From Candidatus Adiutrix sp. (GTDB taxonomy: Bacteria > Desulfobacterota > Desulfarculia > Adiutricales > Adiutricaceae): a stretch of 64,000 nt of DNA. A program made the position numbers and the translations under genes. The stretch is taken from the NCBI GenBank assembly GCA_031553735.1, contig JAVBLB010000007.1:30348-94347 (forward strand), given 5' to 3'. Below are positions 45,058 to 55,435 of this stretch, piece by piece. The notes under the pieces were generated by a model. The model ran no database searches, was not told the origin of the DNA, and saw only the letters and a program-made list of their open reading frames with translations. The stretch's first letter is position 1. Every line of letters begins with the position of its first letter.

Positions 45058-45732
45058 TTACATGCCGATGTTTTCGCCCTGATAGGGGGCTTTTCGGGAA
45101 GGGCAGCCCTCTTTGGTGCAGAGCTGGCAGTTGTGATATTTCTCCGCCGTCTCAAAATACACCCCGGAAACGCTCTTGTTCGGGCTCATCAGGAGGCTTG
45201 GCAGAAGGGTCACCCCGATTTGCCCCGGCAGTTCGCCCAGAAGCTCGAAAAGGGGTTTCTGCTCGGTGATCGGCCATTCCCGGGGCAGGGAGCCGGGGTT
45301 CATGGCCGATACCAGCGGCAGGCCATAGCGTTCGGTGATGAAATCCTCCAACTGCCGCACGCCCTGCCGCAAAGCCATCAACATGACCTCATCGGCCATG
45401 AACTGTTCCAGCCCGGTCAGGCCGGCCGTCCATTCGGCCAGTTCCCGCCCGCAGGTGACCACGTGGGGAAAGGCCACCTTCAAGCCGGCCAGTTGGCGGG
45501 TCATCAGCCCGCTTTGAAAGACCACCTCGCCGAATCTGGTGTTTTCGTCATCCAGAATTTCCGGCGCCATCACCATGAAAGCCGCCTTCGGCCGGGCCAG
45601 GCGCCCGGCGGTGGCCAGAATGTCGCCCAGGAGTCTTTCGGCCTTGGTCCCGGGCCTGACTCTGAGATGCCCGGCCACTTCCCGTTCGTCATAATGGACC
45701 TGGAGATCATCCAGGATCATGAATTCCGTCAT
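45058..45732 (-). CDS. methionine-synthase (MetH) activation-domain-like protein with C-terminal Cys motif
   Basis: 224 aa. The overall pattern (..FGEVVFQSGLMTRQL.., ..MNPGSLPREWPITEQKPLFELL.., ..SVSGVYFET..) matches my recollection of 'vitamin B12-dependent methionine synthase activation region' proteins found next to corrinoid methyltransferases. It ends CQLCTKEGC. Confidence 0.45.
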   Translation of the reverse strand: MTEFMILDDLQVHYDEREVAGHLRVRPGTKAERLLGDILATAGRLARPKAAFMVMAPEILDDENTRFGEVVFQSGLMTRQLAGLKVAFPHVVTCGRELAEWTAGLTGLEQFMADEVMLMALRQGVRQLEDFITERYGLPLVSAMNPGSLPREWPITEQKPLFELLGELPGQIGVTLLPSLLMSPNKSVSGVYFETAEKYHNCQLCTKEGCPSRKAPYQGENIGM

Positions 45733-45781
45733 TGTATATCTCCCAATCCAAATGGTTGCGATATCCGGCCGGGCCCGGAAC

Positions 45782-46534
45782 TCAGATAAGAGCGCAGGGA
45801 CCGACGCCGCACTTTCCGCAGACGTCGAGGGTCCAATTAAGGCTCCGGGTATACGGCGACAGGTTCAGCAGCTTTTTGTTGCAGACGTGGCGGTCGAATT
45901 CGTCCGGGCCGTCGCCCAAGGCTTTGGGCGGGCAGTGCTTCAGGCAATACCGGCAGCTTCCGTTCTTGAAATACAGGCACAAATCTTCCGTCGGGCGGGC
46001 GGAGGGCGGCAGTTCCTCCGCCAGGAACACGGTGCCGTAACGGCCCGCGCCGCCGACCGGGGTGATCAGCATCCGGTTGAGGCCGAAACGGCCCAGGCCG
46101 GCCACAAAGGCCGCGCTGCGGTGGGACCAGTAGGCCCGGAGCGTCGTTTCGTCATAATTATTGGTCGAATTGACCATACCGGCTTTGACGCCCCGGGCTT
46201 CCATCATGGCCACCAGGTCCCCGGCAATTTCATCGATCAGGTTGTTGGCGTGGAGGTAGGAATCCACCCATTCCCGGGCCGGGACGACCGGGTCCCGGCG
46301 GTTGGCCTCGACGACCTTTTTGGAAAAAGGCAGAAAAAACGAAACCAGGGTTTTCACTTCGGGCAAAACGTCTTCCGGCCGCCAATGGTGAGGCCCGATG
46401 ACGTCTTTGAACGTCGAATACAGGGGATCGGCGGCCGAGGAAAACCCGACCAGGGGCTGGCGGTAGTAATCCTCCTGATTGGCCCCGGCCACTTTCCGGG
46501 TGATGAACTCGACAATTTCGCCGGACAATGACAT
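45782..46534 (-). CDS. QueG/RdhA-like iron-sulfur protein (two 4Fe-4S-type Cys motifs)
   Basis: 250 aa. C-x7-CRYCLKHCP and CGKCGVGPC motifs in the C-terminal third. The N-terminal part resembles the epoxyqueuosine-reductase-like fold (..WSHRSAAFVAGLGRFGLN..). This is a moderate-confidence family guess. Confidence 0.45.
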   Translation of the reverse strand: MSLSGEIVEFITRKVAGANQEDYYRQPLVGFSSAADPLYSTFKDVIGPHHWRPEDVLPEVKTLVSFFLPFSKKVVEANRRDPVVPAREWVDSYLHANNLIDEIAGDLVAMMEARGVKAGMVNSTNNYDETTLRAYWSHRSAAFVAGLGRFGLNRMLITPVGGAGRYGTVFLAEELPPSARPTEDLCLYFKNGSCRYCLKHCPPKALGDGPDEFDRHVCNKKLLNLSPYTRSLNWTLDVCGKCGVGPCALI

Positions 46535-46595
46535 GATGAACCCCCCGGTTGTTTTTTCGGCCGTTGCGGCCGCGCCTTCGGATCGGGCCGCGCGT

Positions 46596-48005
46596 TCAGT
46601 CGCCTTCGGCCTTCAAAGTTTTCTCCAACAGCGGATCGATATCGGGCCGCCGGTATTGCTCCAGATAGATATCCACCCTGATGCGGGCCAGGTCCACGGC
46701 CTGGGGGCGGCCCCTCCGCTTCCAGCGCCCGTACGAATCCCGGTTGAAGACCAGCGGGTCATGGAATTCCGTTCGGAAGCGTTTGAAAGTCAAAGGATGG
46801 TTCAGAAAGTTGCCCTTGGGCCCCACTTCCTTGATCGCCTCCAGGGCCAGATCGTCCTCGCCGCACCTGACAGGCCGCAGAAAATTATCCACATATTCGA
46901 TGAGTTCGGCGTCCAGAATCATTTTTTCCAGGCTGCCGCCCATGAAACTGCCCAGGTGGCCGCAGCCCGGCAAGAGATTCACCGGCTGGGCGGCGGCGCT
47001 GAAAAATTGCATCATCGCCTCGGCCCCGGCCTGAAAATCGACGACGGGCGAATCGGTATGGCTGACGTCGCCCCGCGACAAAAGGCCGTAATAACGCGCC
47101 AACTGGCAGCCGGCCAACTCCACCAGCCGGTTTTCCGGGCCACCGTAAACCGAGCCCAGGCTCTTCATGTCGCTGTGCCCGCCCATGGCGCCGTAAAACA
47201 CGGGGTGCCCCGGGGAGGCCAACTGGGACAGGACGATCGCCCCCAGATTCTCGCAATTCTGCATCAACACGGTCGCGGCCAGGGAACAGGGCGCGGTGCT
47301 GCCGGCGGCCGGCATCGAGGTGACGTTGAAGGCCACCCCCGCCCGGCAGAAGGCGACGAGATTGCGGGAGGCCTCTTCGGTCATATACAGAGGCGAAATG
47401 ACGTTGACCGACGATAGGCCGTAACTGCGCCCGATCAGGGCCGATTCCCGCATCTCTTCCGCCGTTTTGCCGAACGCCAGGCCCAGGAGCCGCACGTCGT
47501 CGGCGACCATCAGGTAATAAGGTTTATCCTGGTGGAGGATCTGGTTGGCCATCATCCAGGCGTGAACGCGCTTGGCTTTGATGTCCTGCGGCATGAACAG
47601 GGGACGGCAGAGCTTCATCTGCGGGAGAGCCTGCACCAGTTGGGCCGTCCGGATGAAATCCGCGGCGGTCGGCGCGGCCAGGCGCCCTTGATGATCGACC
47701 ACATAGACGGCCCCGCTGCCGGGAGCGATGACCCGGCTGTCGAGGGAAAAATCGACGTCGTGCTCCGGGTTCCGGGCCAGCAGGGTGAATTCGCTCGGCA
47801 CCGTCTCCAGGCATCTTTCAATGATGCGGTCGGTGAAATAGACCGTATCGCCCGAAGTTTTCAGCCCGTGGGCCTTGAAAACCGCCAGCGCCTCCGCCGA
47901 GCCGAAGGCCATCCCGGTTTCCCGGAGTATTTCCAGGCTGGCGGTGTGAATTCGCCCCAACTGTCTCGGGTCGAGCACGCCGGAGTGGCTGGCGAAAAAA
48001 CTCAT
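46596..48005 (-). CDS. MttB-superfamily (trimethylamine methyltransferase-like, non-pyrrolysine) methyltransferase
   Basis: 469 aa from the ATG at 48003-48005 (RBS GAAGGGGG). ..LDPRQLGRIHTASLEILRETGMAF.., ..PEHDVDFSLD.., ..NVISPLYMTEE... The ORF is uninterrupted with no in-frame TAG. Confidence 0.8.
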   Translation of the reverse strand: MSFFASHSGVLDPRQLGRIHTASLEILRETGMAFGSAEALAVFKAHGLKTSGDTVYFTDRIIERCLETVPSEFTLLARNPEHDVDFSLDSRVIAPGSGAVYVVDHQGRLAAPTAADFIRTAQLVQALPQMKLCRPLFMPQDIKAKRVHAWMMANQILHQDKPYYLMVADDVRLLGLAFGKTAEEMRESALIGRSYGLSSVNVISPLYMTEEASRNLVAFCRAGVAFNVTSMPAAGSTAPCSLAATVLMQNCENLGAIVLSQLASPGHPVFYGAMGGHSDMKSLGSVYGGPENRLVELAGCQLARYYGLLSRGDVSHTDSPVVDFQAGAEAMMQFFSAAAQPVNLLPGCGHLGSFMGGSLEKMILDAELIEYVDNFLRPVRCGEDDLALEAIKEVGPKGNFLNHPLTFKRFRTEFHDPLVFNRDSYGRWKRRGRPQAVDLARIRVDIYLEQYRRPDIDPLLEKTLKAEGD

Positions 48006-48066
48006 AGAGCCCCCTTCGTCGATCAGGAGAAAAAGCTGGAACCGGTATAGCGACGGCAATCTAGAG

Positions 48067-48082
48067 TGCAAGCGGCATACCA
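48067..48082 (-). promoter_or_regulatory. sigma-54 (-24/-12) promoter candidate for the MttB-family operon
   Basis: The reverse complement reads TGGTATGCCGCTTGCA, with GG-N10-GC spacing and a TTGCA -12 element, about 65 nt upstream of the ATG. An AT-rich tract (48100-48240) separates it from the divergent EBP gene. Confidence 0.55.
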
Positions 48083-48269
48083 TTTAAATTCAGAATATTT
48101 TCAATTAATATCAAGTAGATACCTGTGCGGCCCGGCAAAAGAAAAACAAAAAGAAAACAAAACGAAAAATAATTTGCTCTTTTTTTTCGCTTTTGCTCAC
48201 GGTTGAAGTGACAAGAAGGCGGCGGATTGCTATAATCAGGCGGTCTCGATACGAAAAAGGCCATTTTTT

Positions 48270-49715
48270 ATGGATTCCGAAAAAACGATGATCCAAGCCG
48301 TGGTCGACGGGCCGGTCTCCCTGCGGGCTTTCTTTGAAAGCCTGCCGCAGGGCGTCGTCATTACCGACGCGGACCACCGGATTGTCTTCTGCAACCGGAG
48401 GCAATTGGAACGTGACGGTTTGGGCGAGGCGGAGGTTCTGGGGCGGTCGATATTCGACCTCCACCCGGGCGACGGCTGGCCGTCGGCGTTGTCGGCGCCC
48501 GCCGACGGGTCTTTCGGAGAACCCGCCCCGCGCACCTGGACCGGACGCGGCCGAAGCGGCCGGCCCATCGCCGTCTCCATCACCCGCATCCCCCTGCCGG
48601 GCGTCGGGGCCATCTATGTGATCGACGACCGGCCCAGGGCCGATTCGGCCGGGGAGGAAAAACGCCGCCAGGCTCCGAAAGAGGCGACGGGCGGGCGGGC
48701 GTTCAACAAGCTGATCGGGCGGAGTCCGGGGTTCCTGAAAGCGGTCGGCTTCGGGGAAAGCGCCGCCTCGTCCCCTTCGCCGGTGCTTTTGGCCGGGGAA
48801 ACGGGGACCGGCAAGGAGATGTTCGCCCGGGGCATCCATGAGCGGTCGCCCCGGGCCAACCGGAATTTCGTGGCCATCAACTGCGCGGCCATTCCCCAGG
48901 AACTCCTGGAAGGCCTGTTGTTCGGAACCACTCGGGGCGCCTACACCGGGGCCACTGAAAAGCCGGGACTCTTCGAAGAAGCCAACTTCGGCACCCTGTT
49001 TCTGGACGAATTGGATTCCATGCCCCTGAAGCTGCAACCCAAGCTCCTGCGGGTTCTTCAGGACCGCCGGATCAGGCGGGTCGGCTCGGCCCGCGAACTG
49101 GAACTCGACATAAAAATCATCAGCGCCATCAGCGGCTCGCCGGAAGAAGTCCTCAGGAGCGGACGGTTGAGGGCCGACCTCTTCTACCGCCTGGGAGTCA
49201 TGATCATCAAGCTGCCGCCGCTGAGGGAGCGGCCCGAGGACCTGCCGCTTCTGGTCGAACACTTCGCCGGCAAATATAACACCCTTCTGGGGCGCCGGGT
49301 GCGGGCCTTTTCCCCGGAAGTCATGGAGGCTTTCCAGGCCTATACCTGGCCGGGCAACGTCCGGGAGCTGGAGCACATCATCGAGGCCATTTTCAACATC
49401 GCGGACCGGGAGGAAGTGATCACGCCCAAGATGCTGCCCGACCACTTCAGCCTCTCGTCCAAAATAACCCTGGGCGGGCAAACGGCCGGGAGCCGCGACG
49501 AGAACCGCGATTTTCCGCCGGCGGACCCCGACGACCGCGGCGACCGGCCCGGCCTGGTCACCCTGAAAGACCGGGAGAGGGAGATGATCTCCCGGGCGCT
49601 GCTCATGACCGGCGGCAACGTGGCCCAGGCGGCCAAAATGCTGGATATTTCCCGGCAGCTTCTGGTCTACAAGATGAAAAAACACCAGTTGACCCGGGAG
49701 CATTTCAAGAAATGA
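48270..49715 (+). CDS. sigma-54 enhancer-binding protein with N-terminal PAS domain (GAYTGA variant)
   Basis: 481 aa. PAS-like N-terminus (..GVVITDADHRIVFCNRRQLERDG..), GETGTGKE, TRGAYTGA, TLFLDELDSM, WPGNVRELEH, and the HTH GNVAQAAKMLDISRQLLVYKMKKHQL. Confidence 0.85.
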   Translation: MDSEKTMIQAVVDGPVSLRAFFESLPQGVVITDADHRIVFCNRRQLERDGLGEAEVLGRSIFDLHPGDGWPSALSAPADGSFGEPAPRTWTGRGRSGRPIAVSITRIPLPGVGAIYVIDDRPRADSAGEEKRRQAPKEATGGRAFNKLIGRSPGFLKAVGFGESAASSPSPVLLAGETGTGKEMFARGIHERSPRANRNFVAINCAAIPQELLEGLLFGTTRGAYTGATEKPGLFEEANFGTLFLDELDSMPLKLQPKLLRVLQDRRIRRVGSARELELDIKIISAISGSPEEVLRSGRLRADLFYRLGVMIIKLPPLRERPEDLPLLVEHFAGKYNTLLGRRVRAFSPEVMEAFQAYTWPGNVRELEHIIEAIFNIADREEVITPKMLPDHFSLSSKITLGGQTAGSRDENRDFPPADPDDRGDRPGLVTLKDREREMISRALLMTGGNVAQAAKMLDISRQLLVYKMKKHQLTREHFKK

Positions 49716-49799
49716 CGGCGCCTTCGGCGCCGCGCCGACCGGGCCTCCGGCTCTGGGTCAGTCACTTTCAACAGACCGAACCGATACGGCGGGAACCGC

Positions 49800-50141
49800 A
49801 TGAAACACAAAAACCTTTTGATCGCCACACTGGCCCTGGGCTTCATGCTCGCCCCGCCTTCCATCGGCACCGCCTCCATGGAATGCTTCCGCCATCAGCA
49901 GCCCGACACGGTGGTCTGCCCGCCGCCGAACGGCGAGATCATCGCGTATACGGAAGGGGATTATGCCTGCGGCACCGGCTGGTGCGTGGCCGATGCGCAT
50001 GGCAACGTCAAGTGCTCGAGGGTGCCCGGCGGGGCGGCGATCGTGGATCAGCGCGGCAACGCCCTGTGCGTCGGCGGCTGCATGGATCCCAGCCCGTCGC
50101 TGTGCCGGACCATAGAACGGCCCAACAAGAAATCCAGATAA
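49800..50141 (+). CDS. secreted 8-cysteine small protein, paralog 1
   Basis: 113 aa with a Sec-type signal peptide (MKHKNLLIATLALGFMLAPPSIGTAS). The mature part shares 8 aligned Cys and motifs (C.PP.G, CG.G.CV, PGG.A..D.RG..LCV.GC, SLC) with the next two ORFs. Confidence 0.7.
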   Translation: MKHKNLLIATLALGFMLAPPSIGTASMECFRHQQPDTVVCPPPNGEIIAYTEGDYACGTGWCVADAHGNVKCSRVPGGAAIVDQRGNALCVGGCMDPSPSLCRTIERPNKKSR

Positions 50142-50155
50142 TACGGAGAGGGACG

Positions 50156-50497
50156 ATGAACCTGAATAGAGCCTGGATGACGGCGGCCGCTTTGGGGGCC
50201 CTCACTTTTTTGTTCGCTCCGGTCTGCCTGGCCCAGTTCCAGTGCGAGCAGAAGACCGACGCGCGCAACACCATCATCTGCGCGCCGCCCCAGGGCGACC
50301 TGGTCAGGAACAGAAGCGGAAAATACGTCTGCGGCCCGGGGCAATGCGTCGTGAACAGCTCTTCGGGCGAGGTCATTTGTTCCGCCGCGCCCGGGGGGCT
50401 CGCGGCCCTGGATTCGCGCGGCGAGGGGCTGTGCGTCGAAGGCTGCGTGGCGGCCAGTGAATCGCTCTGCGTGACCCCGGTCCCCGATCCGTCTTAA
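50156..50497 (+). CDS. secreted 8-cysteine small protein, paralog 2
   Basis: 113 aa from the ATG at 50156 (RBS GGAGAGGG), embedded in the longer track ORF 49712..50497. Signal peptide MNLNRAWMTAAALGALTFLFAPVCLA. Same 8-Cys pattern. Confidence 0.7.
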   Translation: MNLNRAWMTAAALGALTFLFAPVCLAQFQCEQKTDARNTIICAPPQGDLVRNRSGKYVCGPGQCVVNSSSGEVICSAAPGGLAALDSRGEGLCVEGCVAASESLCVTPVPDPS

Positions 50498-50516
50498 AAA
50501 CCATAGGGAGGAGAGC

Positions 50517-50852
50517 ATGAGATTACCGGTTTTTTTCGCCTGTTTCGCCGTGGGCCTGGGGGCGCTCTTGACGCCGACTCTCTCCTGGGCCGGGCCCATC
50601 GCGCCCAAGTGCCTCTGGGCGATCGGCATGGGTCAGGTGAAATGCGCTCCGCCGTTCGGGGATATCATCCAGGACGTAAATACGGGAAAATTTCTCTGCG
50701 GCGTGGGGCAGTGCGTCATCAATCCGGCGGGCATGATCAGGTGTTCGTCCGTGGTCGGGGGGGCGGCGGTCATCGATTCGCGCAATCGGGCGGCCTGCGT
50801 GGGGGGATGCCGGGCGCCCGAAGAATCACTCTGCGTCATTCCCAGGCCGTAG
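50517..50852 (+). CDS. secreted 8-cysteine small protein, paralog 3
   Basis: 111 aa. RBS GGGAGGAGAG. Signal peptide MRLPVFFACFAVGLGALLTPTLSWA. Same 8-Cys pattern. Confidence 0.7.
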   Translation: MRLPVFFACFAVGLGALLTPTLSWAGPIAPKCLWAIGMGQVKCAPPFGDIIQDVNTGKFLCGVGQCVINPAGMIRCSSVVGGAAVIDSRNRAACVGGCRAPEESLCVIPRP

Positions 50853-50967
50853 GGGCCAAACGGCTTTTCGGTCAACTTTATCAAGCTGAGCTGAGCGGGT
50901 CGGTAACACTTCGGAGGGCGGCCGGTGTGAGTCCCGACCGCGTCGCCGACGGGTTTCCGGATGACGA

Positions 50968-51050
50968 ACTGATGGTCCCGGCCACCCAAATGTTGCGGCC
51001 ACTGAAATCCAGCGAAGCGGGTGCGGAATTGGGTCCAGGGCTCAGCCCTG
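50968..51050 (+). repeat. intergenic repeat family D, copy flanking the MCP gene (3' side of the gene)
   Basis: CTGATGGTCCCGGCCACCCAAATGTTGCGGCC...GAGCGGGTGCGG..GGGTCCAGGGCTCAGCCCTGG. It aligns with 53040-53146 and contains the MCP stop codon. Confidence 0.65.
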
Positions 51051-52916
51051 GCGGGGCGGCCCGGCGGCGGCTCGCCGGTTCTCCCGGTCCAGCCGCCGGG
51101 CTTCCTCAGGACTGTAGACCATGGCGCTCAGTTGGTCGACCGTCTCCACCAGGTCCTCGGCCTGGCCGGCCAGGGCGGACGAGGCCCCGGCCGCCTGGCT
51201 GGCGGCGGTCAGGTTGTCCTGGGTCACCCGGTCCATTTCCGACATGGAGCGGCTGATCTGGGCGATGCCCTGGGCCTGCTCGCGGGAGGCTTCGGCCACC
51301 GCGTTCAGCAAGGTCCCGGCCTCCCCCACCCCGCGGCCGACCTGGTCGAAGCTCTCCCCGGTCTGGCGCACCAGTTCGGCCCCGGAATTGATGTTCTGAA
51401 TGGTGCCGGCGATGAGGCCGGCGGTGTTCTTGGCGGCCTCGGCCGAGCGGATGGCCAGATTGCGCACCTCGTCGGCCACCACGGCGAAGCCGGCCCCGGC
51501 TTCCCCAGCCCGGGCGGCCTCCACGGCCGCGTTCAGGGCCAAGAGGTTGGTCTGGAAGGCGATTTCATCGATAGTCTTGATGATTTTACCGATTTCCCGG
51601 CCCGAAGCCGAAATTTCGTCCATGGCCCGGATGACCCGGGACATCGAGTCGGCGGCCGTGGTGACCTCTTCCCGGGCCGACCGCATCAGGCCGTCGGCCC
51701 GGCCGGCGTTTTCCGAATTGCGGGTGGTCATGGCCGAGAGTTCCTCAAGGGCCGAAGCGATGTCCTGAAGGCTGGCCGCGTTTTGGGAGGCCCCGTGGGA
51801 CAGGGTGCCGGCGGCCTCGGCCAACAGGCCGGCGTTCGATTCCACATAACCGGCCCCGGCGGAAATGCGGCCGATGGCCCGCTTGATGGAGCCGGTGATG
51901 CCTCGGCTGATGAAGAAGGCCCCCAAAAGGCCGGCGACCAGGGTCAGCCCCAGGCCGATGAAGGAGGCGGCCAGCGCCGAGGCCACGTTGTGCCGGGTCT
52001 GGTCGGCGCCGTCGGCGCTGATGCGGCCGGCCAGGGTGGCCAGGCGGGTCAAATCCTGACTGACGGCCCGCATTAATTCGCGGCTGCTCTCCTCCCCCGC
52101 GCTCCGCGCTTCCCAGGCCCGGATGAACGCCTCCAGGGCCTCCCGAATTATCGGCAGCCGGGCCGCCAGTTCGCGCCCGGCGGCGGCCACCTCCGGCGGC
52201 AGGGCCGGTTCGGCCAGCAGCCGATCCAACTCGGCCGCCGAAGCCGAAATCAATTCGACGGAACCCCGGATCACCATCAGATCGCGACCGGCCTGACCCT
52301 GCCAGAACGTGAGGTTGGCGGCCTCATACTTGTCCCACAGGGAGTTGGACAGCTCGGTATAGCGGTCCCTGAGGTCCCGGGCGGCCTGGTCGTCGCCCTG
52401 GATCCGGGGCAGTTCGGCCTGGATCATATCGAAAAAAGGGTAAAGGTGATCCTGAAAGACCTGATCCCGCAACTGGCTGAAGCCGGCCCGGGCGGCCCGA
52501 ACATCGGCCTGGTTCTTTTCCATGGCCCCGCTCTGGTTTTGGGCCTCGGCCACCCGTTGGCGGATGGCCAGGACCAGGTTTTCAATCTCCGGCCGGTCCG
52601 GCCCGCCATATTCGGCCAGGTTGTCGACGATGGCCTGGAGCTTTTCGTCCACCTGGGGCAGATAACCCCGGGCCGATTTCAGGTAGGAGTCCTCCTCGGT
52701 CAGGCTGTAGCCGCGCAGTTCCAGCGACATGTTCAGGAGGGCCCGTTCCAGGGCGGCGGACTCATTGGCCAGGGGCATGGCGTCCCGGGACAGGATCTCC
52801 GAATGCCGGTTGATGGAGAATAAGAGCGTGGTCAAAAAGCCGACCAGAACCATGAGAATGACGATCAGGGCCAGGTAGCCCAGCGAGATTTTCGTGCCGA
52901 TTTTCAGGCCGCCCAT
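51042..52916 (-). CDS. methyl-accepting chemotaxis protein
   Basis: 624 aa. An N-terminal TM, a helical periplasmic sensor, a second TM and HAMP. Highly conserved signalling hairpin (..[40 protein letters not shown]..). Confidence 0.92.
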   Translation of the reverse strand: MGGLKIGTKISLGYLALIVILMVLVGFLTTLLFSINRHSEILSRDAMPLANESAALERALLNMSLELRGYSLTEEDSYLKSARGYLPQVDEKLQAIVDNLAEYGGPDRPEIENLVLAIRQRVAEAQNQSGAMEKNQADVRAARAGFSQLRDQVFQDHLYPFFDMIQAELPRIQGDDQAARDLRDRYTELSNSLWDKYEAANLTFWQGQAGRDLMVIRGSVELISASAAELDRLLAEPALPPEVAAAGRELAARLPIIREALEAFIRAWEARSAGEESSRELMRAVSQDLTRLATLAGRISADGADQTRHNVASALAASFIGLGLTLVAGLLGAFFISRGITGSIKRAIGRISAGAGYVESNAGLLAEAAGTLSHGASQNAASLQDIASALEELSAMTTRNSENAGRADGLMRSAREEVTTAADSMSRVIRAMDEISASGREIGKIIKTIDEIAFQTNLLALNAAVEAARAGEAGAGFAVVADEVRNLAIRSAEAAKNTAGLIAGTIQNINSGAELVRQTGESFDQVGRGVGEAGTLLNAVAEASREQAQGIAQISRSMSEMDRVTQDNLTAASQAAGASSALAGQAEDLVETVDQLSAMVYSPEEARRLDRENRRAAAGPPRQG

Positions 52917-53039
52917 TGCGATTCCCCTCGACGGTGCTCGTAATAATATGATTTATAGTGATAATGTGATCCGACTAATGCCATTTTTCCATACAGTCCG
53001 AAAGGGCGCACAGCGCCCATTCTGACCCTCAAAATGACC

Positions 53040-53146
53040 CTGATGGTCTCGGACGACCAAACGTTGCGGCCTCGGCAGCCCAACGGAGCGGGTGCGGGGA
53101 GGATAGGCCGACAGGCGCATCCGGCGGGTCCAGGGCTCAGCCCTGG
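53040..53146 (+). repeat. intergenic repeat family D, copy flanking the MCP gene (5' side of the gene)
   Basis: CTGATGGTCTCGGACGACCAAACGTTGCGGCC...GAGCGGGTGCGGGG[26-nt insert]GGGTCCAGGGCTCAGCCCTGG. Same orientation as 50968-51050. Confidence 0.65.
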
Positions 53147-53180
53147 AAAAAACGCCCCGGCTGGGATCCAGGCCGGGGCG
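53147..53180 (-). terminator. Rho-independent terminator of rpoD
   Basis: In the mRNA sense: CGCCCCGGC - 10-nt loop - GCCGGGGCG followed by TTTTTT, 22 nt after the rpoD stop. Confidence 0.85.
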
Positions 53181-53201
53181 TCGGTCTTGAATCTTGGCAA
53201 T

Positions 53202-54968
<1,767 letters not shown>

Positions 54969-55435
54969 GGTTCATCTCCTGACGGAAGAAGACAGGCTTG
55001 GGGAGGCCGGGCTTGCGGGCGGCCGTTGAAACATGAGGTCGGTTCTTTCGGACCGGCCGGGGGGAACGGAGGCGGTGCGGCCGTCATCACGGCCGCGGTC
55101 GGATCACGGGGAGGCGTCGGCGGCGCCCGGGCCGAGGAGGACCGGAATACGGACCAAACTTATGTGGTAAATATAAGCACGCCGGTCGGAGCCGGCCAGA
55201 GGCGCGGCGATATTATTTATGGCTCAAAACACGGAATTCATCGCCATCAACCATAAAAGCCGTCGGCCCCGGTCGGGGCGGGTAACGGCCTTTAGTGTTT
55301 CGGGGCGGCCGGGCGGCCGCGATTGCGGAATCATATCGTGGAGAAATTTCCACGAAATTATTTATGGTATCACACTCCTTCAGGCGAGTAAAGCTTTTTT
55401 CGAAAAATGAACCGGGCGGCGGCGGAAACCCGGCC

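Noticed and set aside
46596-48083. Possible pyrrolysine (in-frame TAG) in the MttB homolog, and the 26-codon N-terminal extension of the track ORF
   Set aside because: The reading frame is continuous with no TAG, so this is a non-Pyl family member. The extension (MVCRLHSRLPSLYRF...) lacks an RBS, whereas the ATG at 48005 has one.
49716-49799. Search for a sigma-54 or sigma-70 promoter between the PAS-EBP gene and the first 8-Cys gene
   Set aside because: I saw only a GGCGCCTTCGGCGCC hairpin and no convincing -24/-12 or -35/-10 match. Whether the 8-Cys genes are co-transcribed with the EBP is left open.
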